In this document: piece after piece, positions 39,507-54,549 of the stretch
Layout of the letters: each line of letters opens with the position of its first letter
How positions within the stretch are numbered: the first letter of the stretch is position 1
Assembly (NCBI GenBank): GCA_964016885.1
Contig: OZ024740.1
Span: forward strand, 176,080,001-176,144,000
Origin: Eledone cirrhosa
Taxonomy: Eukaryota
Direction: 5' to 3'
DNA length: 64,000 nucleotides
Position numbers and translations under genes: made by a program
Notes under the pieces: model-generated
What the model was told of the DNA's origin: nothing
Seen by the model: the letters and a program-made list of their open reading frames with translations, nothing else
The model's database searches: none

Positions 39507-40117
39507 GTCAAGTCACCAATTGGTGCTACTGGTAACATGTATCCCAGTAGAACCTGTCTCATGGTCGGGTCGTTGGCGACTAAACTGGCAACCCACCAAG
39601 GTTTCTTGGTGAGGAGGGTGACTTTGGACATCCTGCAGGACTAAAAAAAAAATCTGTCAAAGGGCAAAAGAGCTCTTAAGAGTCAATGGCCATCCAAATT
39701 CACCGGGAGAGATGACAGCTTAGCCTTTGTCAAGGCAGAATTCTAGGAGAAGGAAAACTCTGATATAACACCTGCAACCCTGATGGTATCCAATAATGTT
39801 GACTTGTTCTTATTTTTGGTAAATATCATCTTGGTTAAGAGAGTGGGACTGGCTTTGTGCAGTGCCTTTGCTCACTATAGAAGCTTCACGGCACAGGCAT
39901 TGCTTTATATCTGGAGATCTCTCTGCACTTGTCGTCACATGGTACCATGGGCCCAGCACTATGTGTCAATAATTGTCACCAGTGTAGTGTTGTACCAGAG
40001 TTTTCAAGTCGCTGGCTGGACTAAAAAGTCACACTCGTTCAGCGCATCGGTAAGGGTTCTCCTACATGGATATAAAGTAGTGGCCGTACTCGAAAACGAG
40101 TTGGCAGCCACCACCAT
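39507..40117 (+). mobile_element. Bipartite RTE-derived non-autonomous element, copy 4
   Basis: Highly similar to 24204-24812. Confidence 0.75.
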
Positions 40118-40331
40118 GTACGTATATATATATATATATATATAACGAAGGAAATGTGGTAAGGAACCAGATGGACCATAACGCACCAAAGTACTCAATA
40201 CTTAGGGTAGTAGAGTGGGTAATAGGAACGAGTAGGACCCCGACGGCTGATCTCGAGCCGTTTCGACGGCTAATTCCGGACTAAAATTTTAGCCGAAACG
40301 GCTTGTCTCAGCTGTCGGGGTCCAACTCGTT

Positions 40332-40364
<33 letters not shown>

Positions 40365-40509
40365 CGTTTCTGAATTTGTTTGTGGAACCAACCAACCAAC
40401 CAGAAATTTATAGATTTATAAATTTGTAAATTTATAAATATATAATAAATTGAAGTGAAAGCAACTGGTGCGTGTGTTTCTTATTGGCAACATGACCCTC
40501 CCAAAGTAT

Positions 40510-40575
<66 letters not shown>

Positions 40576-40730
40576 ACGTATATAAAAATTAATATAGAGT
40601 TTTTTTTCTACATGACTAGAACTGTTTTATTTATGAAACAGTTTTAGTCCTGTAGAAGCCATTTCTATATTAAATTTGATGTTTACAATCTTCTAATATA
40701 CTGTTGTTATCCCCGGTTGAACCCCGGACT

Positions 40731-40784
<54 letters not shown>

Positions 40785-40922
40785 ATGTATAATAAACAAT
40801 ACAATATAATTACCTCATGAGGTAATTATATTGTATTGTGTATTATAATTAAATTTAGCTCTGGTACTTACATAGAGCACTCTTCACTCCTATGACTTTT
40901 TCAATTTTAAACGGAAACTTCA

Positions 40923-41023
<101 letters not shown>

Positions 41024-41519
41024 GTATGTATTTATATATGTGTGTATATATCAAGAAAAAGGACAGAAACCACATAGTGGCGGGTTTGTTTGGTGAAAAA
41101 GTTTAGATGGGAAGGATAAAAAGGGTGAAGTGGAGGTGAAAGAAGAGCAATTGCAATGTTTCGGATTGTTGGTGTGGAAAGAGGTGATTGGCAGTTTGTT
41201 TCGAACCACTGAGGCTACCTATATGTAGATTTGTGTGTCTGTCTGTATTCTATGATTGTCTTGGCTGAGTAGGAGATGTATTGTTTAAAGAACTTTACAG
41301 TAGTAGTGTTCTGGGATATTGTATGTGTTTCTGCATGTTTGGAAGTTGGTTTTTCATATACAGGGTCGGATTTAATGGATGGACGGAGAAGGGGAGGGGA
41401 AAAGAGGGTGTATTATAGAATTTTATGCTCGGCGACTATACTGAAATGTTTTCGATTGTCATTTAAGCTAAGCTTAAAAGTCTATATATACACTCAAAAG
41501 TTGGCTAACGTACATACCT

Positions 41520-43125
41520 ACATACATCATTGGCTCACAGGAGGACAGAAATACGAACATAACCCATAATTTCTTTGTGGATGATCTGAAACTCTATGCC
41601 AAGAACATGGATGGGAAGAAGAAAAATCTTGACCTGGTTACAACGTTCTCAAAGGATATAGGAATGGAGTTTGGCCAAGATAAATGCTTATATTTGAATG
41701 TAAAGTGGGGGAAAAAAACAACCCAATCTAGCAACATTGTCATCAATGGCCTAACTGTTTCACCGATATTTGATGAGGAGTGCTACAGATATTTGGAGAT
41801 AGATGAGAACGAACATATCCTATAATGGTATCTGTAATAAGGAACGCGTAACCAGGGAATACTACACCCAATTAAGAAAGATTTGGTCATCGGAACTCTC
41901 TGCGCAAAACAAAACAGTGGCTCACAATGTGTTTGCTGTGCCTGTCCTAACACCAACGTTTGTAATAACAATTGGACGATAGGCGAAATCCGAGCAGTTG
42001 ATGTTAGAACTCGAAAAATACTAAACAACACAGGAAACTTCCACATCAACAGTGACATAGACCGCCTTTCCTTGAAACGTAAGCAGGGAGGCAGAGGCCT
42101 AACATCAGTCCAGACAGCATTTGAATGTCGCATCATATCCCTCCGACAACATCTACGAACCTCGAAGCGTAGGAGCCCGTCTCTCGAGCAAGTCTATCTG
42201 CATGAAACAGAGAAGATCATGAGAGTTGGGAAGGAACTCTTCGAGAGATATTCCCTGTGTGATAATCAAAAACTCACACCCAGGGAAGTCGCTCAGCAGT
42301 ATTGCAGTGAATCCATGGATGAAAAACTGCATGCTTATCAGCAAAGAATCATGCATGGATATGTTGCCAGGAAGCTCCAGAGTGAGAGTAATATAGATAA
42401 GGAAAGTAGTCTATCTTGGACCAATAACCGCTATATTGGCTCCCAATTTGAAGGATACGCTTTTGCAATCCAAGAACAGGAAATAACACGAAATACCTGA
42501 TTCACAAAAGAGATAGGGATGCAGGCCAAACACCTTGATGTGATAACAAGTGAAGACTCTGCAGAATTAACATCGAAGATGTCACCTATGTCATTAGCAG
42601 CTGTCCAAAGATGTCATCGCGGTATTATCTACATATGAGGCATGATCTAGTGGCCAAAACACTGTACAATGCAATCCGTAGAAAAGATAATAAACACATT
42701 AAAAGCTACAGCAATGTGGAAGACATCCATATACATAATATGAAAGAGTACTGGTGGAATGTTCTAGTAAAAACTCCAATAAAATGCAAGCATAACAGAC
42801 CAGATATGATATGGGACAGGGAAAAGAAAGCATGCACAGTAGTGGAAGTTAGCTGCCCAGCAGATGCCAATACAATATCAAAGATTAGCTGAAAGGAGAA
42901 TATGTATGCAGAACTGATGAGAAATCTGCAGATACTCCACCCTGATTACACCTTCAGATTTCTGCCTGTGATTATTGGGGCACTGGAGTATGTTAGTAAC
43001 TGCCTCAATACAAATCTTGAGAAGCTAGGCTTCACAGGAACTAAAAGAATACAACTAGTTAGGAAATTACAAGTACAATGGAAAAGTAAAAATATGTAAA
43101 ACATTCCAAAGATTCTACATCTAAT
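41520..43125 (+). mobile_element. R4/Dong-like non-LTR retrotransposon, 3' half (RT, zinc knuckle, restriction-like endonuclease), decayed
   Basis: FVDDLKLY, DIGMEFGQDKC, GGRGL, MHGY, AIQEQEI, RHDLVAK, HNRPDMIWD and VEVSCP across frameshifted ORFs. Confidence 0.85.
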
Positions 43126-43940
43126 AACTGCATATACACATGTACAGATACAAAGCACATACAACTCAAAACATCCACATCCACACATACAATAACTCCA
43201 TATCTACACATGCATGCCTACAGGCATGCATACATAATCTACCTAGTTGTTGTTTCAATGAGAGTCTTGGGTCTATGTTAGAAACCGACTCCCTCGTTAT
43301 CGAGTATGGCCATTTTCACGATATACTATTATCAATAATTATTAATAATTCTATCGTGCAATGCCTGTGCGTGAAGATATTTTTTAAAGTGAGGAAAGAC
43401 TGTGCACTGAGCCATTCCCACTCACTGAGCGACAGTAGCTATAATCCGAAAAGAAGAAAACATCAACATCATCGGAAACTACTGAGCCTCAGATTTTATA
43501 TCGGAGTTATCCCAGTTTCCTGAGTTGCCTTCTCCTAGAAGAATGTCCTGTCAAAGGCTAGGGGTCCTTCACTCCCAGTGGTTTAACCAAGCGATCGGGT
43601 ATCCAGCCCGACTATTTCTATGTCCCCGCGCATATACATACACATGCACACATGCATATACATACATATGCATAGACATATTTACACACTTTTGGATGGT
43701 CGTTGACTCTTATGAGTTTTTCCGCTCTTTTCAGGTTTTCCTTTTTGTCCCGCAGGGTGTCCAAAATCACCCTCCTCACCAAGTAAACTTGGTGGGGTTG
43801 CCGGTTTAGTCGCCGACGACCCGACCATGCGACAGGTTGTACTGGGTTACATGTTACCAGTAGCACTCAAGAGTGACCCGACATAACATACATACATACA
43901 TAGATACATACATACATATATACATACATACATACATACA

Positions 43941-46900
43941 TATGATGGCTGTCCATTCGTCAGACGAGCACGACCATCGCTGACAGATTGACTCACAGGT
44001 GGTTGTACCTACGAACGTGAGCTCGGCAATGACTTTTGATGCCGGCGAGAGACTTACAGATTTTTCCACAAAGTCTTCAAACTAAATCCAAATCTATATT
44101 TACAAACTGGAAGATCCTTATGGACCTTTAAGTATCTTGTGAGTACAGAGCGGCTCTTGCAGATTTTGCCGCATACATCACAATTAAGTGGGTCTGCAAC
44201 AATGAACTTGCCATACGCTGTTAATGGGTTGTCTATGTGGCTCCTGGGGTGGCTTTTGAATCCTGTGTTTGACAGACATATTCGGCTACACTCAAACAAA
44301 CTGAGGAACCGTTTGGTTCTCTCCCTTGTGGTCAGCTCTGTTGTTCTTTGCCTAGCTTTTTTATGCATTGAGTAAGCAACATCCTTCATATGTTTTTTAC
44401 TTCTCCACTTGTTTCTGTCGCCAGCCTCCACTTCCCAATCATGAAGGCCGAGATCAAGCTGCAACAACGAGTCTTTGACACAGTCTTTGAAACGCTTCTT
44501 AGGTTTTTTTCTGAGGCCATTTTCTTTCAGCCAGCTCTCCTTAAAACATCTGCTTGGTGATACAGCCATCGTCCAGCCGTAGCAGATGTCCTGTCCAGCG
44601 AAGGAGGTACCATTGGATGCCCAAAATTGATCTTAGGCAGCTTAAGTGTAAGCGCTCTAATAATTTTTAATATTTCCTGTAAACCACCCAGGTCTCACAA
44701 GAGTAAAGAAGGATTGTATGAACACAAGTATTATGAACATATAACTTTGTTTTCTTTTTCAAGCCTTTCTGAGACCACACACAGTCTTGAAGAGCAGAAA
44801 AGGCGTCAGTGGTTTCTTTAGTCGGAAAGACATTTCACCATCGGGGGAGCAGTTACGATTTAACGTACCACGGAGGTAGATAAATTTATCAATAACCTTC
44901 AGCTTCTTCCCATCGACGTAAATGGAAGGTTCACATAGACTGTGCCTGGTGCTAGTTGAAACATGACAATTGTTTTATATAGACTGATTGTTAGACCAAT
45001 GGAATTACATGACCGGGACAACCTGAATCTCTGCATATCACTGGCAGTCATCAGCTTAGAGGAGATCGCGGACAAGTGTTAGAAAGATTTTTGATTTAGC
45101 AGCAAAGCGGCGTATATTATAAAGCTTGCCTGTACTACGATATCGCACATCTACACATTCGTTACAGTTCTTGAAGGCATCGTTAAGAACAATAGGGAAG
45201 AAGATGGAAAACAAAGTCGGTGCAACCAGGTCTCCCTGTTTAACTCTGTTCTCTAATTTTATTGTTTTAGACAAAATACATCCAGCCTCCAAGACTGACA
45301 GAATCCTCCATGTCATCATGGAAGGACCTGACCAAATTCATGAAATGCTGGAGACAGCCCAGCTTTCCCAAAACAACCCAGAGCGCTTCCCTGTTAACCG
45401 TATCAAAAGCCTTTGTGAGATCTACAAAGACTTGATATGAGCACTGGCCTAGTTCTACACCCTTTTCCTGGATTTAGTGCGCTGTAAATACTATGTTCAT
45501 GGTTCCTCTGTTTGTTCGAAAGCTACATTGCGATTCTGGTAGAATCCTGATAGAAATATGAGAATTCTGTCTGGACAGGATTATACCAGACAAAATCTTT
45601 CCGGCTGTGCATAGAAGAGCTAAGCCTCTGTAGCTTCCGCAAAGTTTGCGGGCACCTTTGCCCTCGTACAAAGGAATCATTGTAGTATCTCTCCATTTTT
45701 TTGGTGACTTCTAGACATCCAAAATAACACTATGCATGAGATCAGACAAGTGGTCTCCTCCGAAACGAAAGATCTGAGCAAAGAGACCAGTGTGACCAGC
45801 TACTTTTCCAAGATTTAACTTAGTAACAGAGTTATACACCTCTTCCAGGGAGGGTGGTGTATCCATTGCGTAGACTATGTGACTGTTGATCTATAGTACC
45901 CAGAACTGCAACATCCCCATGAGAATCTCTGTTCAGGAGTTCTGAAACGTGTCCTCTATATCGACTGGTGCTTTTGTTTATAGTTGTGTATAGGCCACTG
46001 CCATCTTTTGTACTCATAGGTGTGATTTTGGCCGCATGGGGCCCAACACTTGTTTTATTAGGTTATAGAACCCTTTGCTATTTATTGAATCAGCAGTAGC
46101 TTGCATCTCTGCAGTGTCCTACGTTTTCTGCAGTTTGCACTATGCACCAGGCTTAGCTTGCTTAAACTAATCCTTTAATTGTTTTCCCTGTACTTTTGAT
46201 AGATGCTTCTGCAAAAGATGGCTACATATATTGTTCTTGGTGGCAACAATAGCACTTGTTGCTTGATCATTTTCTCTAAACTAGTCCTGAGAAGCTGTTC
46301 CCACAACATTCTTAGTGGCATTGTATATTTGATCACAGGTTTCCTTACATGATTTTAGATATGTTACTGTTCTGATTCTCTCATGCAGGGTGGTTTGTGT
46401 ATCTGGAGAGTGGAGTTTAGCAACATCAAGACGCTTGGGAAGCTTGAGTGTCTTACGTGACTAAGCAAGAGACTTAATGACCAAACGCATCTTTGATCCA
46501 ACAAAGGCATGGTCAGTCCAGCACTGTCGCCTTTGTGTTGGAATTGTGTGCTGGAAATAAACAGCTTAAATTCGGTGCACAATTCGAGCAGGAGTAAGCC
46601 GTTGTTATTTACCTTACTTAAACGAAATTGTCCGAGGTAATTCCATGTCTGCCAATCCTTGCTAACTCTGGCATTGAAGTCATCAAGAAGGATACTTTGT
46701 TTGAATTGGTAATAGATCGCAGTAAATTTTGGCGATCTTCGTAAAACTGGTTCTTGTCATCCTCAGTACTCACGAGGGTAGATGCATAGATGCTAATCAG
46801 GGTAGCGTATATATTTTCACTTAGGTGGATAAGGAGTGTCATGATTCTATAGGTGACACCACGGGGCAACTCACACAGCTCCGAGATTGATGTTACGGAT

Positions 46901-47720
46901 TGTGAATCCAACACCTCTTCGATCTTCAAGCTTACTATCTTTCCAGAAAAAGTTATAACCTCCAGTAGGTTCTTGGATTTGGCTATCTTCAGCAAGCCAA
47001 GTCTCTGAGAAGGCAACGATATCAACAGAATATTTTTGGAGTACTTTATATATCGAGACAGTTCTTCGTGTAGGTGAGGATCCCTCATGAATGTCAATGA
47101 AGGTCCGCAGAATATTCCAAAAGAATATTTTTAGTTTTATATTGAATCTTTTAGGCATTTCGTTGTTTCGAGCATATAGTGGACATCCGTCAGCCGCACT
47201 AAATTGGCCAGAAGGATTAAAGAAGCAGGCAATGGTTGGGGCAACTTTTCTAGACTCTTCCAGGTTTACTGGTGAGCAGTGTTATCCCTGAAAGGATCAC
47301 CCTTGGAACAACTGAAAGTCATCTCTGCCCCAAATATATGAACTAGCGACTTAGTGTCTACCAAGGGGTGCTTGTGTGCAGGTCGGCAGCTGCATGCCTT
47401 CAGCCCGTCAGACCTGTACACACCACCACCTTGCTATCGCCACTGGGCTTCAAACGGTAAGAAGACAACAAGTGTTAATTGTCAGCAATGCCCGTGCAAG
47501 AGTTTTAAGTCGAATGCGGCTTGCACGACACCACAACAACTCTCATTAACAACACCAAGAAGTACAGAGTCAAGCAAATTGCAAGATGTCCAGTGCAGTA
47601 GAGCAGCGGGTTTTATCTACGAGTTAGCCTTCTAGAGAGATGCCTTGACAAAGACCAGGGGTCTCTCACTCCCATTAGGCCTACAGCGCCTTCGGACACC
47701 ACCTGAGTGTTTCTATGACC
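43941..47720 (-). mobile_element. RTE-clade LINE, near full length, decayed (APE endonuclease, RT, C-terminal C2H2 fingers)
   Basis: APE motifs WNILRT, DIVAFSETWL, GVGF. RT motifs YRGLALLCTAGKIL, LPESQCSFR, VKQGDLVAPTLF. C-terminal CDVCGKICKSRS. 5' UTR motif near 47620-47660. Confidence 0.88.
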
Positions 47721-47929
47721 TAGAGTATGTATATAGATTAAAATGCGGGAAAATATATATATTAAACAGCGTTTGATTAGATTAAAAAGTAAAAAAGTGT
47801 AAAAAGTTAAAAGGTTAAGATATATGTAAAATATAAAAATATAAAAGATATTAAAATATAAAAGATTAAGATGTAAAAAAAAAACTTACATCAATTCGCA
47901 TAACCATACAATATATACATATGTACACA

Positions 47930-48655
47930 GTATTGGATGGCTGTTGACTCTCATGAGTTCATCCGCCCTTTGTCAGGTTTTGTTTTGTCCCAAAATCACC
48001 CTCCTCATCAAGCAAGCTTGGTGGCGTTGCCTGCTTAGTTGGCGACTACCCGATCATGTAACAGGTTGTACTGGGTTACATGTCAACAAAAGCAATCAGA
48101 AGCAACTTGACATACATAGATGATGGCTGCAACTCGATTTGGAGCAATGTCATCTTTTGATACTTTTGCATGAGTATCACGGACGTGGCTTTTTAGTCCT
48201 GTTAGGGACTTGCCTATGGCCAGCAATACCATGCATCGCACAAAATGTCACATATCAAGCGATGCCTGTGCTTGAAGCTTTTTTAAGCGATGAAAGGCTT
48301 TTCACGGGGCCAATCCCACTTTCTAAACATCGAATGCATTTGCCCCAAAAAGAAGTACTGGTCTACTTCATTTGATGCAATCAAATTCGAAGGTAATCTC
48401 CTTCTAGAGAGATGTCTTAATGAAGACGAGGAGTCTCGCTCCAGACACTCACACAAAATCTTTATTTGATGGCCGTTGACTCTCCTGAGTTCCTCCGCCC
48501 TTTGACGGGTTTTGGTTTTCATCTCGAGGGGTGTCCAAATTCACCCTCCTCACAATGCAAGCTTGGTGGGCTGCCGGTTTCGACGCCAACAACCCGACCA
48601 TGCACAGGTGGTACTGGGTTACATGTTACCAGTAGCACTGACGAGCGACCTGACA
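47930..48655 (-). mobile_element. Two related bipartite RTE-derived elements of a diverged subfamily; further fragments at ~43500-43885 and ~23860-24005
   Basis: Reverse complement of the ...GTTGTACTGGGTTACATGTTACCAGTAGCAC... 5' segment and the GCAGCCATCA 3' end. Confidence 0.65.
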
Positions 48656-50202
48656 TACATACATATAAATATACATTCATGTGTGTGTGCATTTGCGTAT
48701 GTATGTGTGTGCATGTGTGTGTATTACTGACATGCTTTCTTTTTTAAGAATCCATTCCTTAGTGGAGAATTTATTGTAATTCGTTGACTAGGATTTTTAG
48801 TTCAAGTCTAGCTATATACACATTTATCTCTTATGGCATTTGGATACTGTACAGCGTATCAACATTTGTTGAAGTTTTACTAATGCTGTTGTATTGTAAC
48901 AAATTAATATTATAGATAGATTATGTCTTCGATTTCATTTCAGTGTTAACTTCCTGATATAAAGACAAAGATAATAGATAACAGCTGTAAATGTAAAAGA
49001 CATGGCAAGTGTATAATAAAGAATGTAATTATCAAAGATGTTTTTTCCTAATAATGTGTCTTCAGTCCTACTTTCATGGACTTTACACTATTTCAAGATT
49101 AGAACATTTCCGAACAAATACAATTTCAAAATAGATTATAAAATTTATGGTTTTTATAAACTTCCAACGATGCCATAATACTGAAAATAACCGTGAAATT
49201 TCCAGAGGCACAGCTAGTAAACATGAATGGACTATCGTATTTATAGCATTGTAATTGTGAAGGTACGCAGCCTAGTGGTTAGTATTGCGCTCACAATCAT
49301 AAGACCGTGAGTTCTATTTCTGTTCCGGACGGCGCATTGATCCTTGTACAAGGAATTTTATTTATTTCACGTTGTTTCAGTAAATGGAAAAAATAAGTAC
49401 CAACTGCGGCTGTGGGTTAACCTTACGATAGACTGCCGTTTCGACCAGGAGAGGGAGTCGTTATGACGAGACTAGTGCCAAGCTTTCGCCTATCCCTTAG
49501 AGGAAATTGTCATGTACGGGCAATGGCTGGTTTTCCACAAAACACCTTAATTAGGATTGCACCTTCGATAGGAAGTTTTTCAGGTGCAAACACTTGGTCA
49601 ATCATGCCCAAATGAGCCTATTGGATTTACTCTAGTGTCTTATATACATTTTGTTCAAATTTGTTCAACATCCTGTTTTTTTCTTTAAATGAATTCTAGT
49701 TCTTTTCTGTTATTCGTAAGCACCTCATGCACGCATGTATAAAACCATACACAACTCATACAAACATCCTATATATTTAGCAATGGTGACTAAAATATTT
49801 AATGAGCATTTTGAAATGGAGCCTACATTACATACCGGGTTTAGTCCTACTAGAGACCTGTCAACTCTCCCCGTCCGACAGGGAAATCTCCCACCCACTC
49901 TGGGGTGGGGGAGAGATATCTTCTCTTGTGAAAATAGGTATAGCTTTCATTATGTAAAATCTCCCCATTTTGGCGCACCTTTTATGATGGAACTACCCCC
50001 CATCTGGTTGTTTAGATGTTGGTAGGTCTGCCACTAACAACTATGCCTGGTTGTGGTGGATTAGATTTATTTCTTATTCGCTACTGAAAGCACAGAAAAT
50101 TGGAGTTGAGTGCCGCCAGCCCAATGAACCATGTGTTCTACAAACTATTTCTTAACATCATCATCATCAGCAACAGTAGTAACAGTAGCAGCAGCAGCAA
50201 CT

Positions 50203-50250
<48 letters not shown>

Positions 50251-52399
50251 ACAGCAACAGCAGCTTCACAACTAAATTACTTTTAGATCTTAAACAACTG
50301 ACATCAACATTCCCACATACCACACCAAACTGACTAATACAAATTTATCTCACCTCCTTAGTCCGAAAATCTCTTTATCAGGAACCACCACCACTTCCAG
50401 CACCGCCATTTCCAATAATGACATAGTTGGAATTACTTATTAAACACGCTTGTTATCCATAATGCAATTATTTGGTAGAGTGTCATACAATTATGCAGTT
50501 CCTGAACTACCCCTAATTGCTTTTAATGAAATCTAACCCTTTAATATTCTCTCAGAAAACACCACATATTTCATCACCATTGACAAATTCCAGCTGGCAT
50601 CAACCAGATCACTACCAGGTTCATCGCATGTACTTTTACTAAATCATCTTATTGATAATTTATAGACGAGGGCTGACGTTTTCAACCACGTAGTGACGGC
50701 GCCACACCTTTGTGTCACGGTCTACAGGTGTACAGATTTTGAGGCGAGCCGGATTTAGATAGGATATTTCAAAAACTTAAGTGTTTTGTGCTAAAGTATT
50801 CTTTAACGTGAAACAGTATATGACAAACTGACACCCTTTGAATTACAGGTACAACTCATACAATGTGCCACCGGGAGTCGAACTCACGATCTTCAGCTGA
50901 ACACTCTAATCACTAAGCCACCAGTCTTCACATATGGGGTGTAATTACGAAAACAAAACAAAAAGGAAAAAAAGAAAATTCTCCATGCTTATGAGAACTA
51001 GACATAAGCTTTCAACAGATTAAATAGATTTGTTGCTGGTCACAGACGTGTCACAAACAGGTTTGAAAATTCAAGATAGACAATACTATTATGTAATAAA
51101 AGAAAGTGAACATAACACACTTTGTGTGTATTCTGAAATAGTTAGAATTACTTTTACATTTTCTAACCCTGAAAAAAGAGATAAAAATAAAAGGAAAAAA
51201 AAATATTTTTCTTCCTAATAATCGTCTTTTTCTCCTTATTTTCATACATACATATATATAGAAATACGTATTGTGAATTTTACAACATGAAAGAATATTT
51301 AGAATCCAACCTTCTTTTTTCACTAAAATATTTAACTCCTCTGCACCAATCACGAGCTTCCACATCTACGATGGATGATACTCATAACGTTGAGTATTTT
51401 TGCTTATTGCATTTTAGTGATAAGTACTTTTGTTGTAATGGTAGAAGAAAGGCGTTCAAGAGAGATTCACAACGGTACAATTAATAAAGGTAGCAATTCG
51501 ATGTTGGACTTGCATGTTAGTAGTGATTACTACTTCAGGAAAATAGAGATGAAATAATGATGTTTATATTCCATAGTAGCGGAAAAGATCAGAAGGCATT
51601 GAAGCGGCCCCTTACGGCTGTGACTCAGCACATATGAGAGTTACGTCCCTTTGCGACGGGCGCGACTCCCAGTTGCAGATTCATGTACTAAACGGAGTTG
51701 CGTCCCCCTGGGGACTATATAGTCGAGGACAATCAAGCCATAAGACACTCTACTCCTGAATGTCGAAGGGACAAGAATACCTGAGACTTTGTCAAGAGAT
51801 GACTCCTGTTTCACTTCCTTCGCACCCAAGAAGAAGAACACCGGCAGCCTAAAGAAACACTTGAACCTTACCAAGAGAAGATTTGCTGTTCTCTTCCACA
51901 CACTCCAGTCTGGGGGTTGTGACCACCTGAACATCAACATGTGGTAACAATTCTTTATAACAATTTATTTGACTTCTGTGAGGTAAAACCATGTCACAAC
52001 TCTCACCTGCATTTATTGTCATTCTGGATAATATTTATATACACTGATACTAATCTCATAAACATATTTCAAAGCATAATAAAGATTTATTTTCTTCTTC
52101 ATATTAATACCAGTACAAGGCGATTGAAGAACTGCAAACATATCTCATAGTCAAGTTGAACGAAAAATGTAATCAGTAGAAGATCCCGAACGTAACTGCA
52201 GAAGAATTGATAATTAGGCGCGGAATCGACTGCTGGGCGGAAATCGTTTTTAATATTCCTACGCCACCAACCCTAAGGGCTGGCGACTGACCAAACACGA
52301 CCAAATTACTCCTCTGCGATAAAGTAGCACTATTGCTTGCTACAGCATCATGATCTGATAATCTGAAGGACTAGATCTACCCATTTGTTAAACCATATA

Positions 52400-52439
<40 letters not shown>

Positions 52440-53031
52440 AACAATTTTGTATCTCCAAAGAAATACAATTTTAGGAAGCCGTAGCTATGCAAACACCGGG
52501 GGGCTAACGCCCTCTGGTAATGTCCAGCAGAAGAAAGGGGACAACCGTCTATGCATTTCAGGCTTAACTGGCCGACATCAGGACGGTCCCTCCCACCGCT
52601 TGCGACTGCTGGACTAGAAGACAGCTGAGAATATATACTTTTCTCGTCTGTGTAAATGAGGTGATTAATCTCATTTGCCTATGAAGCTGCATAAGTTGGC
52701 TCAGCTTATAATAACAAAGAAATAGGATTTCGCTTCAAGCATAGCTTTATACAATATGTATAAACATCTCCAAAGAAATACAGTTTTAGGAAGCCGTAGC
52801 TATACATATTGTATTAAGCTATGCTTGAAGCGAAATCCTATTTCTTTTTTATTATAAGTTGAGCCAACTTATGCATAGATGGTTGTCCCCCTTGCTTCTG
52901 CTAGACATCACCAGAGGGCGTTAGCCCCCCGGTGTTTTCATAGCTACGGCTTCCTAAAACTGTATTTGTTTGGAGATACAAAATATTTATACATATTGTA
53001 TAAAGCTATGCTTGAAGCGAAATCCTATTTC

Positions 53032-53035
<4 letters not shown>
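52440..53035. repeat. Multiply folded inverted-repeat element between (TA)n arrays
   Basis: ~52440-52555 is inverted at ~52870-52990; nested inverted pair ~52690-52765 / 52803-52875. Confidence 0.75.
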
Positions 53036-53073
<38 letters not shown>

Positions 53074-53344
53074 CCGATATGTGTTTGTGAGTATTGATTT
53101 ATTATTTTTTAGATCGACACAGGCAGACTATATGTATTTGAATTAAGATATTTCATTCTAGCTATTTTATTGTCAATTACAACAAAAACACGTAAGTGTT
53201 TATCATATATGAATTTATACTGCTCAGAAATGATTCTTAGAGCTAAAATAATTGTAAATAACCCCATTGAGTGTAAACTCTAAATTATATTATATATATA
53301 TATATTTATTAAAATAACAGATTAAAGTTTGAGCAAATTTATTA

Positions 53345-53520
53345 TTCGGTAGAGGGTCGGACGCCATGCTTTGACGCATAGAGTTACGATCCTTGCCATT
53401 CTGAGTTCAAATGCCGCCGAGGTTTACTTTGCCTTTCATCCTTACGGGGTCGATAAAATAAAGTACCAGTAATGCACTGGGTAATTGCTGGCCTTGTGCC
53501 AAAAGTAGAAACAATTATTA
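53345..53520 (+). mobile_element. SINE family A
   Basis: Family match with an (ATT)n tail. Confidence 0.8.
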
Positions 53521-53538
53521 TTACATTACTATTATTAC

Positions 53539-53573
<35 letters not shown>

Positions 53574-53668
53574 ATCTGTGTGTGTATATATATATATGTG
53601 TGTGTGTATATATATATATGTGTGTGTGTGTATCTGTGTGTATATATATGTATGTGTGTGTGTGTCTG

Positions 53669-53705
<37 letters not shown>

Positions 53706-54194
53706 GGGGAGGGTCATATTTGTGTAATATTGCCAGAATTAATAACAGAACACACTCACTGTTTGGTTGGTTTTCGCTTCTCGCTTCTGTGTCTTTTATA
53801 TCGGTAATCTAACTTATTCGGGCCTCAATGTTGCCATTGACTGACCGGCGGTCAAAAATAATACTAATACAATATAGACACAAACACATATATATAGTTT
53901 ATCATCAATCTTTCGTTGCACATCTGCAACATCGTCAGTGGTGCTATATTTTCCTCCTGTTGTATTGTATGTCTACGCCATTTTTATTCAGTCTGTCTAT
54001 ATATTTATTTATTTATTTGCTTGTTTGTTTATTTTATTTTGTCTTCTTTGCGCATGCGTTTGCGTGTGTGTATAGTGTTTTGTTTGCTGTGTGATGGGTG
54101 ACTAGTGTGTGTTTATGTGCTTGTTATTGTATAATGATATTTGTTTCGACACACGATTTCATATAAAAAACCTCGCAAAACTAATTCATCGCCG

Positions 54195-54549
<355 letters not shown>

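Noticed and set aside
51600-51950. GC-richer island ending TGGTAACA, a possible solo LTR
   Set aside because: No matching 5' end with a TSD could be identified.
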